Shown piece after piece: positions 25,731-38,823 of a stretch of 64,000 bases of DNA. Both the position numbers and the translations under genes were made by a program. Position 1 is the first letter of the stretch. Each line of letters starts with the position of its first letter. Source of the stretch: Klebsormidium nitens (taxonomy: Eukaryota; Plantae; Klebsormidiophyceae); NCBI GenBank assembly GCA_000708835.1, contig DF236973.1:62001-126000 (forward strand), given 5' to 3'. The notes beneath the pieces were generated by a model. It had not been told where the DNA came from. It saw only the letters and a program-made list of their open reading frames with translations, and did no database searches.

Positions 25731-26908
25731 AGACTGACCGAAAGAACCATCTTCAGTGCAGAGTACTAAGAGCGAAGAGTGAGGAAGAGTTGACTTCAAG
25801 GATGCAGCCTTTGCCAGAAGTGTAATGGAATATGATATGCCTACTTTGAGAGAGTTCTATGATACCGTAGAGCGCTAACAGTTTCGAATGAAGAGAACCA
25901 TTGCATACGACTTGCTTGAGATTGACGTCCTCCGCCACGTTTTGTTTGAGAGAGCTTTTATGTAATCGGTACTGGTTAGAACATTTCAATATCTGGACGT
26001 TTTGTGTGACAGCTCAATAGATATCAACCCAACATGTAATAAGAACCGCAAAAGATGTTCCATAGTACCGGCCCGGGTATATGTAAAAAGGTTCGAATCA
26101 TGAACGAATCAAACGCAGATGCTGGTCTCTGCTGCGACGTCGGAGTATATGCTACACATTCATGCACATGTATACGATTTTGTCAGTGCAGCGCCAGCTG
26201 AGGATCGTATGCGGCCGCCATGCCCACTTGCCAGAGCATGCGCACGCGTTTACAACCATCTCTCGGATCATTGTCGGCGCGACGGCCGCCCGGAGATTCG
26301 TCATATATTCAGCACTTGAAGTAATTCTCAAGCGGCGGATGCGCTCCTTTATATGTGCATTAAGGGGATGCAGCGCATCGGGACATGCATGGAATTTTAT
26401 AACGTACGCGCAAATCATTGCATGATTGATCGGGGATTGGAACTGAAGACAGGGTACGTTATCATCATTCACCCTGACTGCATGACATGATTCAAGTATC
26501 TCGCGTCATAATTGTCGAAGCACGTATCACAGTGTATGGCACATGCATGTGCAAACCGACACAAGCAGAGTTGGAGCGCCACTATAGGCACCGGACAGGC
26601 TCCATTCGAGAAGCGGCGGAATCGTGAGCCGGATTATTATAATGATAACCGACTTTCAGGGGACAACGCGCATCAAGCATGCAACGTTCATTGTCAATGA
26701 GTCTCGGTCCGACTCGTACCACAAAAATCAGTAAAAGATCGATGGTGGATCTATAAGCTGTTCATCATATTCTTCGTTACATACCTTTCTCTGCAGCACA
26801 TACCTTTCTTTGCAGCAAAACGGACGGTCAAGTCCAAAAGCTTCCATGAAACAACGCGCGACGCGACCTGTGACTGTACCTACTCTACAAAATATGATCT
26901 CTGGCGTT

Positions 26909-29900
26909 TCAAGCACGTTTCGAGGATTGTTTATGCGGATACATGGAGTGAAGCAACACCCCGCCGGCCACCAAAGGCATGGCTACCACTACGGGCCCTG
27001 TCGGCCATTCCTGGTCGAGCACTAGTTGAATCACCGCCGTCACAAGAAGCGCCACAACAATCGCAAAGCCCTGGCAGCGCGAGACAGGGGGTTAAAGAGG
27101 AAAAGCGTCGAGGAAAACGAAGGGGCTGTGCTCCTTGATTCGTCCACTGACTCTATCCTCCCTTCAACGATAACAGCCGAATCAAGCTCAGGACGAAGCC
27201 AAACAAACAACCACCGTTCAATGGTGCTCTTAAAGGGTCGCTTTTTGCGTTAAGAAGGAACGCTGGACTGAGACTTCGCGTCTGATTCGAATTCGTTTAA
27301 ACGAATAACGCTTCTGTTGATTTGTGTACAAGGAATGGGCCGAGAAGTCGCTTGCCAAATTGGAGCAGCTGTATTGCTTCCGAGGATCAGTAACGCGAAA
27401 CGACACTCTACGGCAGACGTGGAACTCTGCTGGTAAGGGAAGCTAGCATTAGGGCTTCTGAAGGGTCACGCAAAGTGGTCAGTACTGGCAGGGGCTCACC
27501 TTTTTGAGGCCGCCGACATACTTGGTGACGAGGCCCACCAAAATGCCCCCCGCAGCGTACAACAGCACGGGATACTGCACACACACGCGTTTGCAATCCT
27601 CAGCGCTGACCGAAGCTCATTCCGGAACAGAGGCTACCAAGGGTTTCGCATGAGGGCTTTCTCACAGGGCCACTCCGATCATATCACTTAGGAGATGATA
27701 CGATTACAGGAAGGTCCGGATGCATCCTCACGAGACTGACGAGGCCGCTTGAACGTCAGAATGAATGCAGAGGGGAAAAGAATCATGGACCTAGCGTAAG
27801 CAGAGTCCGATCCTGGCTTAGTAAGTTAGAATCAATATCTTGTTTTGTAAACGTATCTTGTACACGCATCTTGTACACGTATCTTGTACACGTCACAGAG
27901 AATCATGTACTTCAACCGGGTCGCTTTCTGTGCTTCGATCCCGTTCCTTAAAAGGATAGGTCGATTAATCGGTCTAAGAAGCGCACGATTGATCACGATA
28001 TCCTTCTGTTTGTAAACGACGAAGCAGCAGACATGCGATCCGAGACACACTCGCTTGCTGTAGTACCAAGCACGGCATCCATGGTTGTGAGAACCGACGC
28101 GATGGTGTCTTCTTTCCTTTTCTCGGAAAGAAGTAAGCATTCGTCACAGGTCCTCAGTCCCGGGGCGCAGGTCGACATCGTATCTCGGGAACCGTCGGGA
28201 GAAGCGATCAGGAAAGCAGCGAAATATGCGAAGGGAGACAATTTGTTCTGATTGTACGCAGTCCCTCTGACCGCCCCAACGCAGCAGTAAGGGCCCTCAC
28301 CATAGTGGACAACTCCCAAGCATGGAAGAACCCTTTGCTCCGGATCCGCGCCCCATCGTCAGAGCCCGCCAACGTCAGCAACAGCACCGCAATGCCCAAT
28401 ACGCTCATCTCCATCGTCATCACATACGCGTCCCGCCGTCGTACCTGCATCACACGCAACGTCAGCATAATATTTTTAAGCACTCCGGTACTACACCAGT
28501 GGGTTAGTTTCCCCGCCAAGCAGGGCGAGACATGAACCGGGACCTAATGGTCGAAAAGGATCCTTAGGCCTTTCTATCAGGGAAAAGCGAGGGCGTTAAT
28601 GCTGAGCTCCATCCATTTGTCTGCCCCCCATTTGGGCTACTGCAGCCGTTAGTGTGAACCATAGCTGGTAAACATTTTCAGACCAGTTAGGGGCGTAAAA
28701 CACACATACGCAGATGTACCCTTCACCTCGCAAGAAGGACAAGGGCGTCCATAGTTCAAAATCATGAGCCCACTCGATATCAACAGACTTGTCTTCCGAG
28801 TAGAACATACCTCGTTCTAGATTCTTCAAGCCAGGAGGACTATCAATAGAGCCAATATCAAGAAGCCAAGCCTATTAACCGTACTCACGGACGAGACTCA
28901 ACCAAGTACGGACGAGACCCAACTGGACGTGGAATCGACTGTTCTCCAGCTTTGTGAAGGAAATTAGCCCATAGGTTCGGGCAAGGGGTCGACCTCGCAC
29001 CTTGGAACGAACAATAACAACGTTCAAATTGACGAGCACGTGCCTGGCCCTGTTACCCTATCGAGTTGGGCAAGGAGTCAAAGTCAGCATCTTAAAATCA
29101 AATACTAATGTCATCGACCTCAAAAAGCACGTGCCTGGAGGGTCCGCTGGCAGACGGTGGAAGCGAGGCCCGACAACACCGACGCCACGAGCATGGGCAG
29201 TACGCCCAGGAAAAACCGGCGGTCGGGCGGCGGCTGCTCTCCCGAGGGGGTCGGCGCAGCCGCAGGGTCCCAACTGAGAAGCACTGCGGCGACCAGCATG
29301 CACAGGAGCGCCACAACCTGGGGGCCGGATTGGCGCTGCCTGGGACGGGAAGAAAACGGGGGGGTGAATTTTGCAGCTTAGGGAGGGGGGGAGGGCGAAC
29401 TTCCGGCGACCAGCATGCACAGGAGCGCTGCCGAAGAGACGGGAGAGGAACGGGGGGGTGAGATTGGCAGGGCGCGGAGGGGGGTGAGATGGAGTTCCTT
29501 TTGGTCGTCGGCGCCCGCGCGAGCTTTTCGAGGTAGAGAAAGGTCGATGTTGTCTGGACCAGGAGGAGGACTAAGAAGTCCTGGGCCGAGCGAGGAGGAA
29601 AACCCCGTACGAGGTTCCCAGGCTGTGATGCTGAATGTCGAGTCTCGAAGGTGATGATTGTCGGCCACTTTTCTGAAGTGTGTGTCGGGTAACAAACTTC
29701 AGTGAGTTTTAACTGTTTGCCAAGACTAGGGGCTCGAAACTAACAATCTCTGGGTCAAAAGAGATGATATCAAGAGGCCAACCTTGGGTGAGCGGAAAGT
29801 TGGTGAGCGGATTTTATGTAACAGGTCCTTGGGGACGGTAAGAACCGCGTGTTGAAATTTCGGGTGAGAGCCAACAGCGTTTTCAAGGGGCATTTGGAGG

Positions 29901-31727
29901 CATGCGTAGACTGGTACAAACCCCGAACGACTAATGAGTTAGAGAATCAGGACGAGTTATAGGATGGAGATGCGCCCATCTCTTGCAGGTTCTGACATGA
30001 ACGGCCTTGAGCTATCCGTTGAACTCTCACTTCTCGTTCCATACTTTTCAGCTTCAACTGGTAAAAACGGATGGGGAAGCGTGACAAGAAAAGAGGCAAT
30101 CATAAGCCAAGTCAAGCAGCTAAAGGATTCAACGTTGAAGGTGCGGAGAGAGGTACCAGGTTTATCTGGTTTCAAAGACAAAAGCTTCTCAAGAGCCTCG
30201 AGACACTGCCAAGGAGGAACAAGCATTCCGCCACAACGAAATTTACGCACTGGCTTGGTGCCGCAAACGTCCCCCACCCCCGCTTGGTAAGAACAACGAA
30301 TGGTTGATCAGTCATTTCGAGGCGCTGGGCTGAAGCGCTTCATAGTACCCATATAATAGCAATCAACATATTCGTTCACACACCGCGGTTGGACAGCAAG
30401 GGCATCGCAGATATTGAAAGTACACTTCTCTTCAGCTAAAATGAGAATGCATGGTTGTGGCACGGGACTAGAAACAGGGCCCTTAGAAAGGGACAGGACA
30501 AAGTATATCCAAGAAAGAGGTTAAGTGAAGGGCGCGTCAAGAGGGCTTACCCAAGAAGCAGAGCGGTGAAGAGAGCAGTAAACAGCAGCTTGGTTTGGTT
30601 GAGCATGGAGAGCGTGAGAGGGTCTAGGTGGGGGTATGCACTCTGCACCAGCACGTTTTGTATTGCGTAGATGGCGGCCGGCAGGGCGGATGCAAGCAGT
30701 GCATCCCCCACGCTCCAGCCAGCAAAGCGCGGCGCGAGGGGGCCTTGCACCAGCAAGATGAGGAAGGCAAAGATGATCTGAGAGGGGACGAGGGGGATAG
30801 GCTGTGAGGCCTTGAAAAGGTCATAATTAGGTGGTATTAAGCTTCGTTTTTATCCAGGATTGAGGCCTTCAAGGAATATCTAGGCAGTACTAGGCTTCAT
30901 TGCTCCAACTACAATACAGAGCCATCAGTAGGAGGAAGCTTGATTCTTGATGGAAATAGCTAGAGCCATCAGGCCTCCAAGACACTGATCGGGCAGGAGT
31001 TGCTTGGCAGCGAAAGGGGGAGCCACAGGAATGAGTGAAACAGTACGGCTGAAATGCTATATACCAGACTATCTTGTGAGAGGCATCTGATGCTTGCAAC
31101 CACCTTGGGGCAAGTGCTGCCCTGTCCAGGACAATACTATCATCACAGGAGAAAGGCTGGGCTAGTGGGTCCCCTACCTTGCACAGCTCACAGACAAGCA
31201 CAACTGTGGTCTTGTTGACGGCAGGACTGCGAAGACACAAATCCAGATGATGCATAGTCAGCAGCTGGCGAATGGGGGAAGGATACGCAAGCCTCCTGAA
31301 GACACTTTTCTGGAAGAACCTTAGTATGGCCTCTATGTAATGAACTCAGCAGAATAGGATAGGGAACAGGCGGACAACAGGAGGAAGATGCTGAAAATTG
31401 GAAGGAGTTCACAAACCATACAGCGAACTGAAGGGTACTTGTTCAATTGACCAACTCTAAGAGTGAGGGAGCTCACTGAATAAACCTCTTGGACACCACT
31501 GGTTGTAGCGCATACTGAACGGCCAGCAAGGCCATGCAGATCAACCCTTTGAGCTCGTCCCCTGCTAACCAGGTTTGACTGCCTCCAGCTTTTGCTGACC
31601 CAGAAGCCGCCAGCTTCTCCCTGCCCTTTCCAGATGCTTCTGGAGTTGATTGATCATGAGGCTTTCTTTGCCGGATATGGGGCGCGGCAGCCGCTGCCGC
31701 TGCTGACTCTGATCCACGTGCGTCCAT
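26909..31727 (-). CDS. ROCK1: Nucleotide-sugar transporter, ROCK1/At5g65000-like (ER UDP-GlcNAc/UDP-GalNAc transporter); exons 31727-31477, ~31225-31177, ~30778-30551, ~29340-29135, 28444-28301, 27574-27500, 27070-26909
   Basis: LLAVQYALQPVVSKRFI, VVLVCELCKV, ASALPAAIYAIQN, LDPLTLSMLNQTKLLFTA, ASVLSGLASTVCQ, YVMTMEMS, GFFHAW, GGILVGLVTK..GG..KGFAIV.ALLVTA match the ROCK1 motif order as I recall it. Confidence 0.88.
27851..27893 (+). repeat. 13-bp minisatellite, 3+ copies, in a transporter intron
   Basis: ACGTATCTTGTAC ACGCATCTTGTAC ACGTATCTTGTAC ACGT. Confidence 0.9.
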
Positions 31728-32235
31728 CAGTTCGCACCAGAATATCTTGATGATATGGGGTCAATCGAACAAGTCAACACCGCAGTTCTGATCTTAGCTC
31801 TGATGGCTTGAGGTTGAAGAATTGCTTGCCGAGCTTAGTGTAAATCTGAAATGCTTCCTTGATTGATCCACTGAGCCCAAGAAACTCATGCAGGTGCACC
31901 TGTGATCAGGAGGATTACAAGAGTGGATGTTATGGAGCTGAAAACGTCTTACTGCTCATGATCAAATGCAACATCATCAGCACCAATCTGACAAATTCCT
32001 GCAGTTTCAATCTGATCCAAGAAAAGGAGACCCCCTAGCGAGCGCCTTCTGCAGAACTGTTCTCAGCAGTGCAGATCAACGCACTGATGTTGCGAGTACA
32101 AGCACAGCAGTTCAGAGCTGGCGCCAGCATTCTAAAAACAAATGCACCACCTTTCGACATGCTTTATACTTGCTCTGTCACTGTGGCGCTTCTCTTCACC
32201 CACTGTAAATATTTGAGGCAGTCAATAGCATATGG

Positions 32236-32406
32236 ATAAACTTTAATAGTAATAATAAGGAACACGAGTACGGGTGGGGTTAGTTTGGTGGTTAGGGTGG
32301 GTTCGGGTTTGGAGCAGGTCATTTTGTCCTTAGGGTTTTAGTGTTGGTTAAGCCGGAAGATGGAGTACTTTCAGTACCTAAGATCCTTATTACTATTAAA
32401 GTTTAT
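32236..32406. mobile_element. MITE-like element with AT-rich terminal inverted repeats
   Basis: ATAAACTTTAATAGTAATAATAAGG (32236-32260) versus CCTTATTACTATTAAAGTTTAT (32385-32406), identical apart from one extra TAA. The boundaries allow a TA target-site duplication. The interior is G/T-skewed and non-coding. Confidence 0.65.
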
Positions 32407-33324
32407 GGTTATGTCAATTTCGCTCAGTGTTTTATCGGTACCCCCCAATTCGGTTATCCAGATTAACTATGCCCGCGCCAAGAATTATTTAGCTGTCGGG
32501 ACAATCTAACCGATCATGAATCAGAGGCTTCGTTAAGTGTCGGGTAGGCTGACCCGGTACCTTGCCTGGTAGACTCTGTGCGCGCTCTATGATACACGGT
32601 TGCAGTAGGATCTATGCCCCAGGGGGGTAAAGATGCAGGCCGCTCAGAGCGGGGACAAGGAGAATCGGTACCGGACGGAAGCTAAGGCTGGGGCCTGTTG
32701 GATTTGCGGTTATTTCAAACCACAGTTAGACTTCTCTGGTTCTGAAGCGTCAGATCCAGAAGGAGTGGTTATCCGACGGCTGCGATGTGCATATTGCCTG
32801 TATCTCGAGTTAAGGTTTTAAACGCATTCTATGCCGTCGGATGCTGTGTAGCTGACCTTTGAACGGCCGATAGTCGACAAGAAGAACATAGCAACCTGAG
32901 GCTGACGTCATTGTTGAGGGTTCCAACAGCCCCTAGCCTTAGCTTCCGTCCGGTACCGATTCTCCTTGTCCCCGCTCGCTCAGCTTCCCTGTTCAGCATT
33001 CTTCCACGCATGCACAATTTGGGGCGCATTCATTGTTCAGGGTGTCTCTTTTGTTCTCCTGCACTCTGCCCGGTGGCAGTGCCCGCATCTAAGCCAGGTT
33101 CAGCCAAGCATTCTCTCAATTTAGGGGGACGTTCTTAGGCTTCGATAAGCCATGCTCGCGAGTTGAAGCAGGTACACAGGTCTTCAAACCCACTTGCACT
33201 CAGTGCCACCGCGGAGCATCACGAAAAAAGGACAGCGTATCTTGGGATCCTCATTAAGATCTTTTCTCCGCCAGCTTGTAAGAACCTAAACCCGTTTCAA
33301 AGTTGTTTCTTTACAGAAATAGTG

Positions 33325-34375
33325 ATGAGTTCAGACTTACATGGTGTCCTGGGCGTACGAAGGGGCGCAAGCAAAGATGAGATCAAGGCAGCGTACCGCA
33401 AGCTGGCGCTTCAGTGGTGAGACTAGTGTCAGCGTGCTCAGATTGCTTGCTTGATGCCTGGACTTCCCCCAATGAAAAGCGGAGCGCTGTTGATTGCATT
33501 AGTCAAACTGATCTCAAAGTTTATATCAGTGAGGTTGCCTGGTTTCTCAACAGTGTGGCCCAAAACTATTGTCTGGACAAAACACTGTACCTTGAAAAAC
33601 CATCTCCATTCTAGTCCAGAGAGATCGCTCAAAAGAGCAGTCAGCATAAGCCTGGAGATGTGGCTGCCACCTTTTGTGACCAACTGGAAGGTTTGATACG
33701 ACTGCAGAAACCTGATCCTAGGCCTGGATCCATCCCAAACTTCCTTTGAGGGTGATCGGCACAGGTGGACTGAGGAAGCCTCAGGTATCACAACCAAATG
33801 ATTTCTGTTCCCTGCGGACAGTTCTTTCGCCCCTTCCCCATCTAGTAGGCTGAGGTACAGTACGCCTGAGGCTTGTCATTTTGTCTTTCTTTCGCTTTCT
33901 CATTGTAACCCACCTGCACTTTGTCTTCTTGTGCAGTCACCCAGATGTTAATCCAGGAAAAGTAGAGGCCTTCAAAGAAATCACCCATGCTTACGAGGTC
34001 TTGAGTAGGGGGGAAGCCCAACCGATACGCTATGTAAGACCGGGTCCAACGGTCGCAGGCAGCATGTACAGTCAAAGATACCCATCCACGTCAATTCCGG
34101 TGGCAGCTTGGGGAATAGGTCTTATTGCAGGTTGTTTGCTGTTTGGAGGGGCCATAATTATCGGGAAGTCTGAGATGTTTAGTCACAACGTTGTTAAGAA
34201 CATGAGCGTCCGTCGAACAGTCGAGCCATCCCATAACATAGCTAAAAGGGAAATGATTCGCCAGATACTGTTAGAGAGGGCACAAGCGGGCAAAAGGACT
34301 CACAATGACCAAAAAGCGGAAGGTGATAGGAGTGACGGTGGTCAGGGCAACATTGACAATGATCACCGAACGTGA
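33325..34375 (+). CDS. Small type-III J-domain (DnaJ) protein with one predicted TM segment; exons 33325-33416 and 33937-34375 (an upstream exon is possible)
   Basis: DLHGVLGVRRGASKDEIKAAYRKLALQC|HPDVNPGKVEAFKEITHAYEVLS (phase-2 GT-AG intron); hydrophobic stretch AAWGIGLIAGCLLFGGAIIIG. An acceptor-like TTTCTTTACAG sits just before the ATG. Confidence 0.85.
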
Positions 34376-35788
34376 GGTGTGTTCGCACTGATATTTGCGT
34401 CTCGTCAAATTAGAGCTAGGTGATTGGTGTATTAATGTTGCAACGCAGATAATCTCCTCTTTCCCAAGGTCCAATTATGTATACCTGCAAGGGCGTTCAG
34501 TCATGCTTTGCAGGGTCGTACAGTTCACGTTTGAACTTGAGAAACGATAGGCAAAACACACTTCTCCTTATCCTTCCGCTAAATTGCACTGAGGCGGAGC
34601 GAAGTCAGGTTTCGGACAGGTGCCATTGCCTGCCGACGGCAGACGCTCGAACAGTCTTCTCAATCATGGACGTTCATAACTTCAGTCGGCACTGCCTGAG
34701 TTAGCAACTAGGTATCGGGTTCGACAGGTGCAGGAGGAGCTTGAAGGTGTCGACGAATAGGTCCCTAGAATTGACCGTCATCCCGGAAGGGGACTTTGGA
34801 TGCAAGCAGAGGAGTCTGGACGAAAGAAATCCGGGTTTGGAAGCAGAGAAAAGTTTTGGAAGCACAAGGACCGAAATTGTCGTATCTAGAAAGAGTTTCA
34901 GACGCAAAAGAGCCAGCGGATCCCTGGCCATGGACACGTGCTTTTGGGGATGAAGAGCACAGCACCGTTGGCATACTGAGCGGTGGGCGATTTGGAAAGA
35001 GCAGCACGGCAGGAAGGAGTTGGCTTATAGAAGGAGGGCGGATCGGACTTCGGATCCTGAGAACCGTGGGCCAGCTTTTCAAGGGTCCGCGGCCGCCTTA
35101 TCATCCATTGTAATTCTTAACCTAGTGATGCAAGACTGTGTACATGATCCTGCATCGAGACCCTTGCTCTTAGATTTGCAACCAGTCTGCGGCCGTCATA
35201 TGCAGTAGTGACCTAGCTTTATGTCATATACTAAAGGTGTTATACCTATAACGGCCATCCTATATGTTAGCTCCGGCGTGGCCGGCCCATGCAGCCCGGC
35301 CTGCGCGTGCGAGACTAATTGACTGACACCGTTCCATGTGGCGGCCTGGTCTTCAAGAAACCATGGGTAAGTTATGCACATGCATGTCGACGGATGCATT
35401 GCATTGTGACACCATTGCGAATGTATTGAATCAGGCTATATGGCCCGGATGGAATTTGCATGTGCTGCATAGGTGTACTGAAATCCACAATCGACTGTAT
35501 GCATAAATCACTGTAACTGGAACCCCCATGTACACCCAATCATTCAAACAAGCAACACACAGCTAGGCCGCTCGCCTTCTGACCCGCTGCGCTTTCAGGG
35601 GTGTGTCACAACCAGATGCCACACTCCCAAGCTCGCACATGCGGTTTCTATTCGCTGGTTGTGTGTCTGACTCGGTTCAATATGGAAAAGCAGCATGCAA
35701 TCATTCTCACCAGCTGTAAGTATGACAAAGTACTTCAAGATCGCTCGCGTGCAGATCACACACACGACTTGAACTCCGCAGTTGTTTG

Positions 35789-38386
35789 TCAATCGGCAAG
35801 TCGTCTCCCTGTTCCTGCAAACGCTCTGAACCCCGGCCGTGCCTCTGGCTGCGGCGGTGCAGCAGCATACGGCGGCCGGTTTCCTTGTCGGCCTGCCGCA
35901 GGTGGTACAGGCCGATACTCCCCAGGTTGAAGACCCCAGCTCCGCACCATGTCGTGTCTGTCGAAGTCTCGTGTCAAGGAATATTTCACTTCACAACATT
36001 ACCATCATAGACAGAGTCCCGCCTCCTATACAAGTCTCTTGGCTCCACAGCGTTTCAAACGTGGTTCCACCCACTGTGTCGAACACACGATTGGTGAGAT
36101 GAAAGCACAGAAGGAGGGCGCCATTTTTGAAAGCAAGCAGAAATAATAGCACATCCTTTTGAGAGCAACCGGACGAAAACTCGGACAAGCTATCATCATG
36201 CTGCATCGAAGTCGACATTTAGACGAGAACCAGAGGGCACACAGAGCCGAACGGAGGATACACGAATTTGGGCGTCCGGAGGAGCTCTGTCCCGTTCGAT
36301 AGCCGGGGGTAGACGGCCGTTAGGAAGTAGTAGGTGTGCCCCACCAGGATGCCCAGGAGCCCGGGAACAGGGCTGTTTCCGAAGATGACGTCCAGCGCCA
36401 GCATGGCCCAAGGTAAGTACAGGGCCTGTACAAACGACCCTTTCAACAGTTTGAGGAAAGTGAGCGACATTCTCGTCCTTTTTATGTGGCACAAAGCGCA
36501 GACCCCTATTGCCCTGCAACCCGAATCGGGACTGCCGGATTTGGGAGACTGAAAGCTTCACAACGTTGTTGGCTGACACAATTCTCTTAAGCCAGGTTCT
36601 GCATGGGCTTTCAAGGTTAGGTCTTGTGGTGTTGTAAGTAGGCATGCTGTGCAGAGGTGGACTACTGCTGGACAGAAGCTTGGGAAGCTGTTGCAACACA
36701 TGGGACGCTATGCAGATGGTGACCTGCAATATCCGGAGAAGCTGGTCACCGATTGAATTTTCCTTTGCTTATGTCCACCGTGAGGCGGCTCGCTGACTCG
36801 AAAGGCAGTGATGATCTTTGTTGACGGTGCAAGTAAGCTTGGTAAGAAAGCTTACCTGTACCGACACCATCCCCATGATGCTGACGTTTGCTGATGTGTT
36901 TGCACGAGACCAGAGGTAGATGAGCATGAAGATGAGGGGAGGGCCGAGCAGATACAGCCCCAGGAACGGAGCCAGAAAGGACACCAGCTGCAAGAAGGCT
37001 TCGCATTTAGTCAAAACGAGTCACAGCGCAGTGAAGCAACGACAGAGAAATACTGTGAACAACACCGTACTAACCTTGTTGTAACTCAAGAATTCAATTC
37101 CTATGTCTATGTCCGGGAAAAATCTGCTTGCAAACGACGAGATTTCCAAGATAACATAAAGCCTTCGACTATAAGCTGATCAAGCACCGGGAGAAGAACA
37201 AACAGGGCAAATGACGAAGGCCTCTGCTGACTGGCTCACCAGAAGAACAGCTGCCCCGAACATCATCAGGTAAACAAAGTCGGCCGTCCTATTTTGATAG
37301 TGGTGCTTCTCTAGTTGCACCGAGTACCTCGCACTGGAACAGCAAGGTATAGTTAGGAAATGAAAGAGACATTTGATGCTTTACTGCTGTGAAGTGCAGG
37401 ATAGCCGTAAAATTCCAGTCCTGATTCTGACTTGTCTTCGATGGCTTAGGAATCCTGTCAAGGAGAACACGCCTTCTGCTGATGTCCTGACGTCTTCTGA
37501 TAAACATAAGATGTTCCTGGCATGAGGACTGCTTACTTACATGTACATAAGGAACATGGCGAATGGAAAGCTAAATTTCCCCAGGAAGATGAAGTTTGTG
37601 ACGAGGCGCCATATCTGCAAGATGGAACTAAAGCTTCAAAACCATAGCATTCATCGAAACTCCTACGACGTGTACAGCAACTCTATCATGTAAGACTTCA
37701 GATAATCTGCCGCAAAAGCAGGAGTTTCTCTGACACGATTCTCAGAAGAAAGATCTTAGAAAAAACATTTGGAGTTGGCAGCATCATACCATCAATCAAC
37801 AAAGGCTTCAATTCGCCGCACGTGTGCCAAGGTGCTGAACTCAAGGTAACTCTTCATAAAGGAAGAAAGGGGCCTCTGACGAAAGAAATTGCCAATCCCT
37901 TACTTGGAATTTCTTGAAGATAAGATCCCAGCTGAGAATCAGCGACATAGGGGACACCAGACCAAGTGCATTCGCGACGGTCGCCCCAAAGCATAGTGTG
38001 CCAAATGTTCTGCTCACTGGTGGTAGAGAGTGATACCACCTGCAAAAGGAGCTATTTGAATGAGCGCTTTAATTGAAAGACCTTAGACATCTCGCTGGTG
38101 AGAGTGACTACCAGAAAACCACATAAATTAGGTACTCGTTTTCTTTGCAGCGATACTCTCAGGCAACGAAACACTGCTAAAGACATGGTACTCTTTCTAG
38201 GTGGCAGAGAAGAGTCAGAACCATCGTCACAATTGCTCAAGCTCGGCCTTGATGCCACCAAGGTGCAGCTAAGATCTCAGCAAGTCGCCATTCAATGTTG
38301 ATATAAAGGAACTTTCCAGCGCGATCAAGATGAGAACTGTCGATGTGTCGGAGAAGTGTGTCATCTTACTCTCCGGGGGTGGCCAT
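35789..38386 (-). CDS. DER1: Derlin (Der1-like ERAD membrane protein, Derlin-1 type); exons 38386-38370, 38039-37904, 37614-37541, 37333-37240, 36987-36856, 36425-36262, 35957-35789
   Basis: MATPGEWYHSLPPVSR, FQIWRLVTNFIFLG, ARYSVQLEK..ADFVYLMMFG, IYLWSR, YLPWAMLALD, GILVGHTYYFL..P..L.TP, C-terminal FRAFAGTGRRL (SHP-box-like). Exon phases are consistent. Confidence 0.93.
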
Positions 38387-38823
38387 GATGATTGTTCTTC
38401 TTGCTCCGGCGATGAAGCCCGATGCCTTCCGTTTCTGCGATTTCCTTGCTGCTATGTGCCTTCAATATACGATCCCCTTCGCTGACATCAGTAAAAGAGC
38501 CGCTACCTACCAACCTACCTTCAAGCAATCCAGGTTGCTCAAAGTTCTGAAATGGTCCATTGCAACAGATGGGCGGCGCACTTGCTCAACCACACGCGGC
38601 CGGCCGCCTCTCTCTGATGCGCGGCCGCGCGCGTGCCGCTTGGGCGGCCAGTCGGACCCGCTCCCGACCCGCTAACCTACCATGCACTGGCCTGAGCGCA
38701 CCAGTCCAATTTTCCCGGTCCAATTCCACAGACAACTGCTGCAGATTTCGGGCCTCGGTTCAGTCGTCTGGCATACCATACTCCCGGCCAAATGGCAGTC
38801 TGCTGCATCATGGTGCGTACAAT
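38387..38823. promoter_or_regulatory. Divergent promoter between Derlin and the DUF900 hydrolase gene
   Basis: CG-rich stretch upstream of the Derlin ATG containing ATGCGCGGCCGCGCGCGT (38617-38634), the exact reverse complement of the motif in the sufC/PPIL2 promoter. Confidence 0.5.

Noticed and set aside
26050-26700. ATGCAT-rich tract loosely similar to 2130-2220, 35390-35520 and 53520-53640
   Set aside because: Only short words are shared (e.g. CACTGACAAAATC); I could not establish a repeat family without an alignment.
34700-35110. Purine-rich, coding-like stretch downstream of the DnaJ gene
   Set aside because: Multiple stops in the most plausible frame and no recognisable motif; at best an unidentifiable relic.
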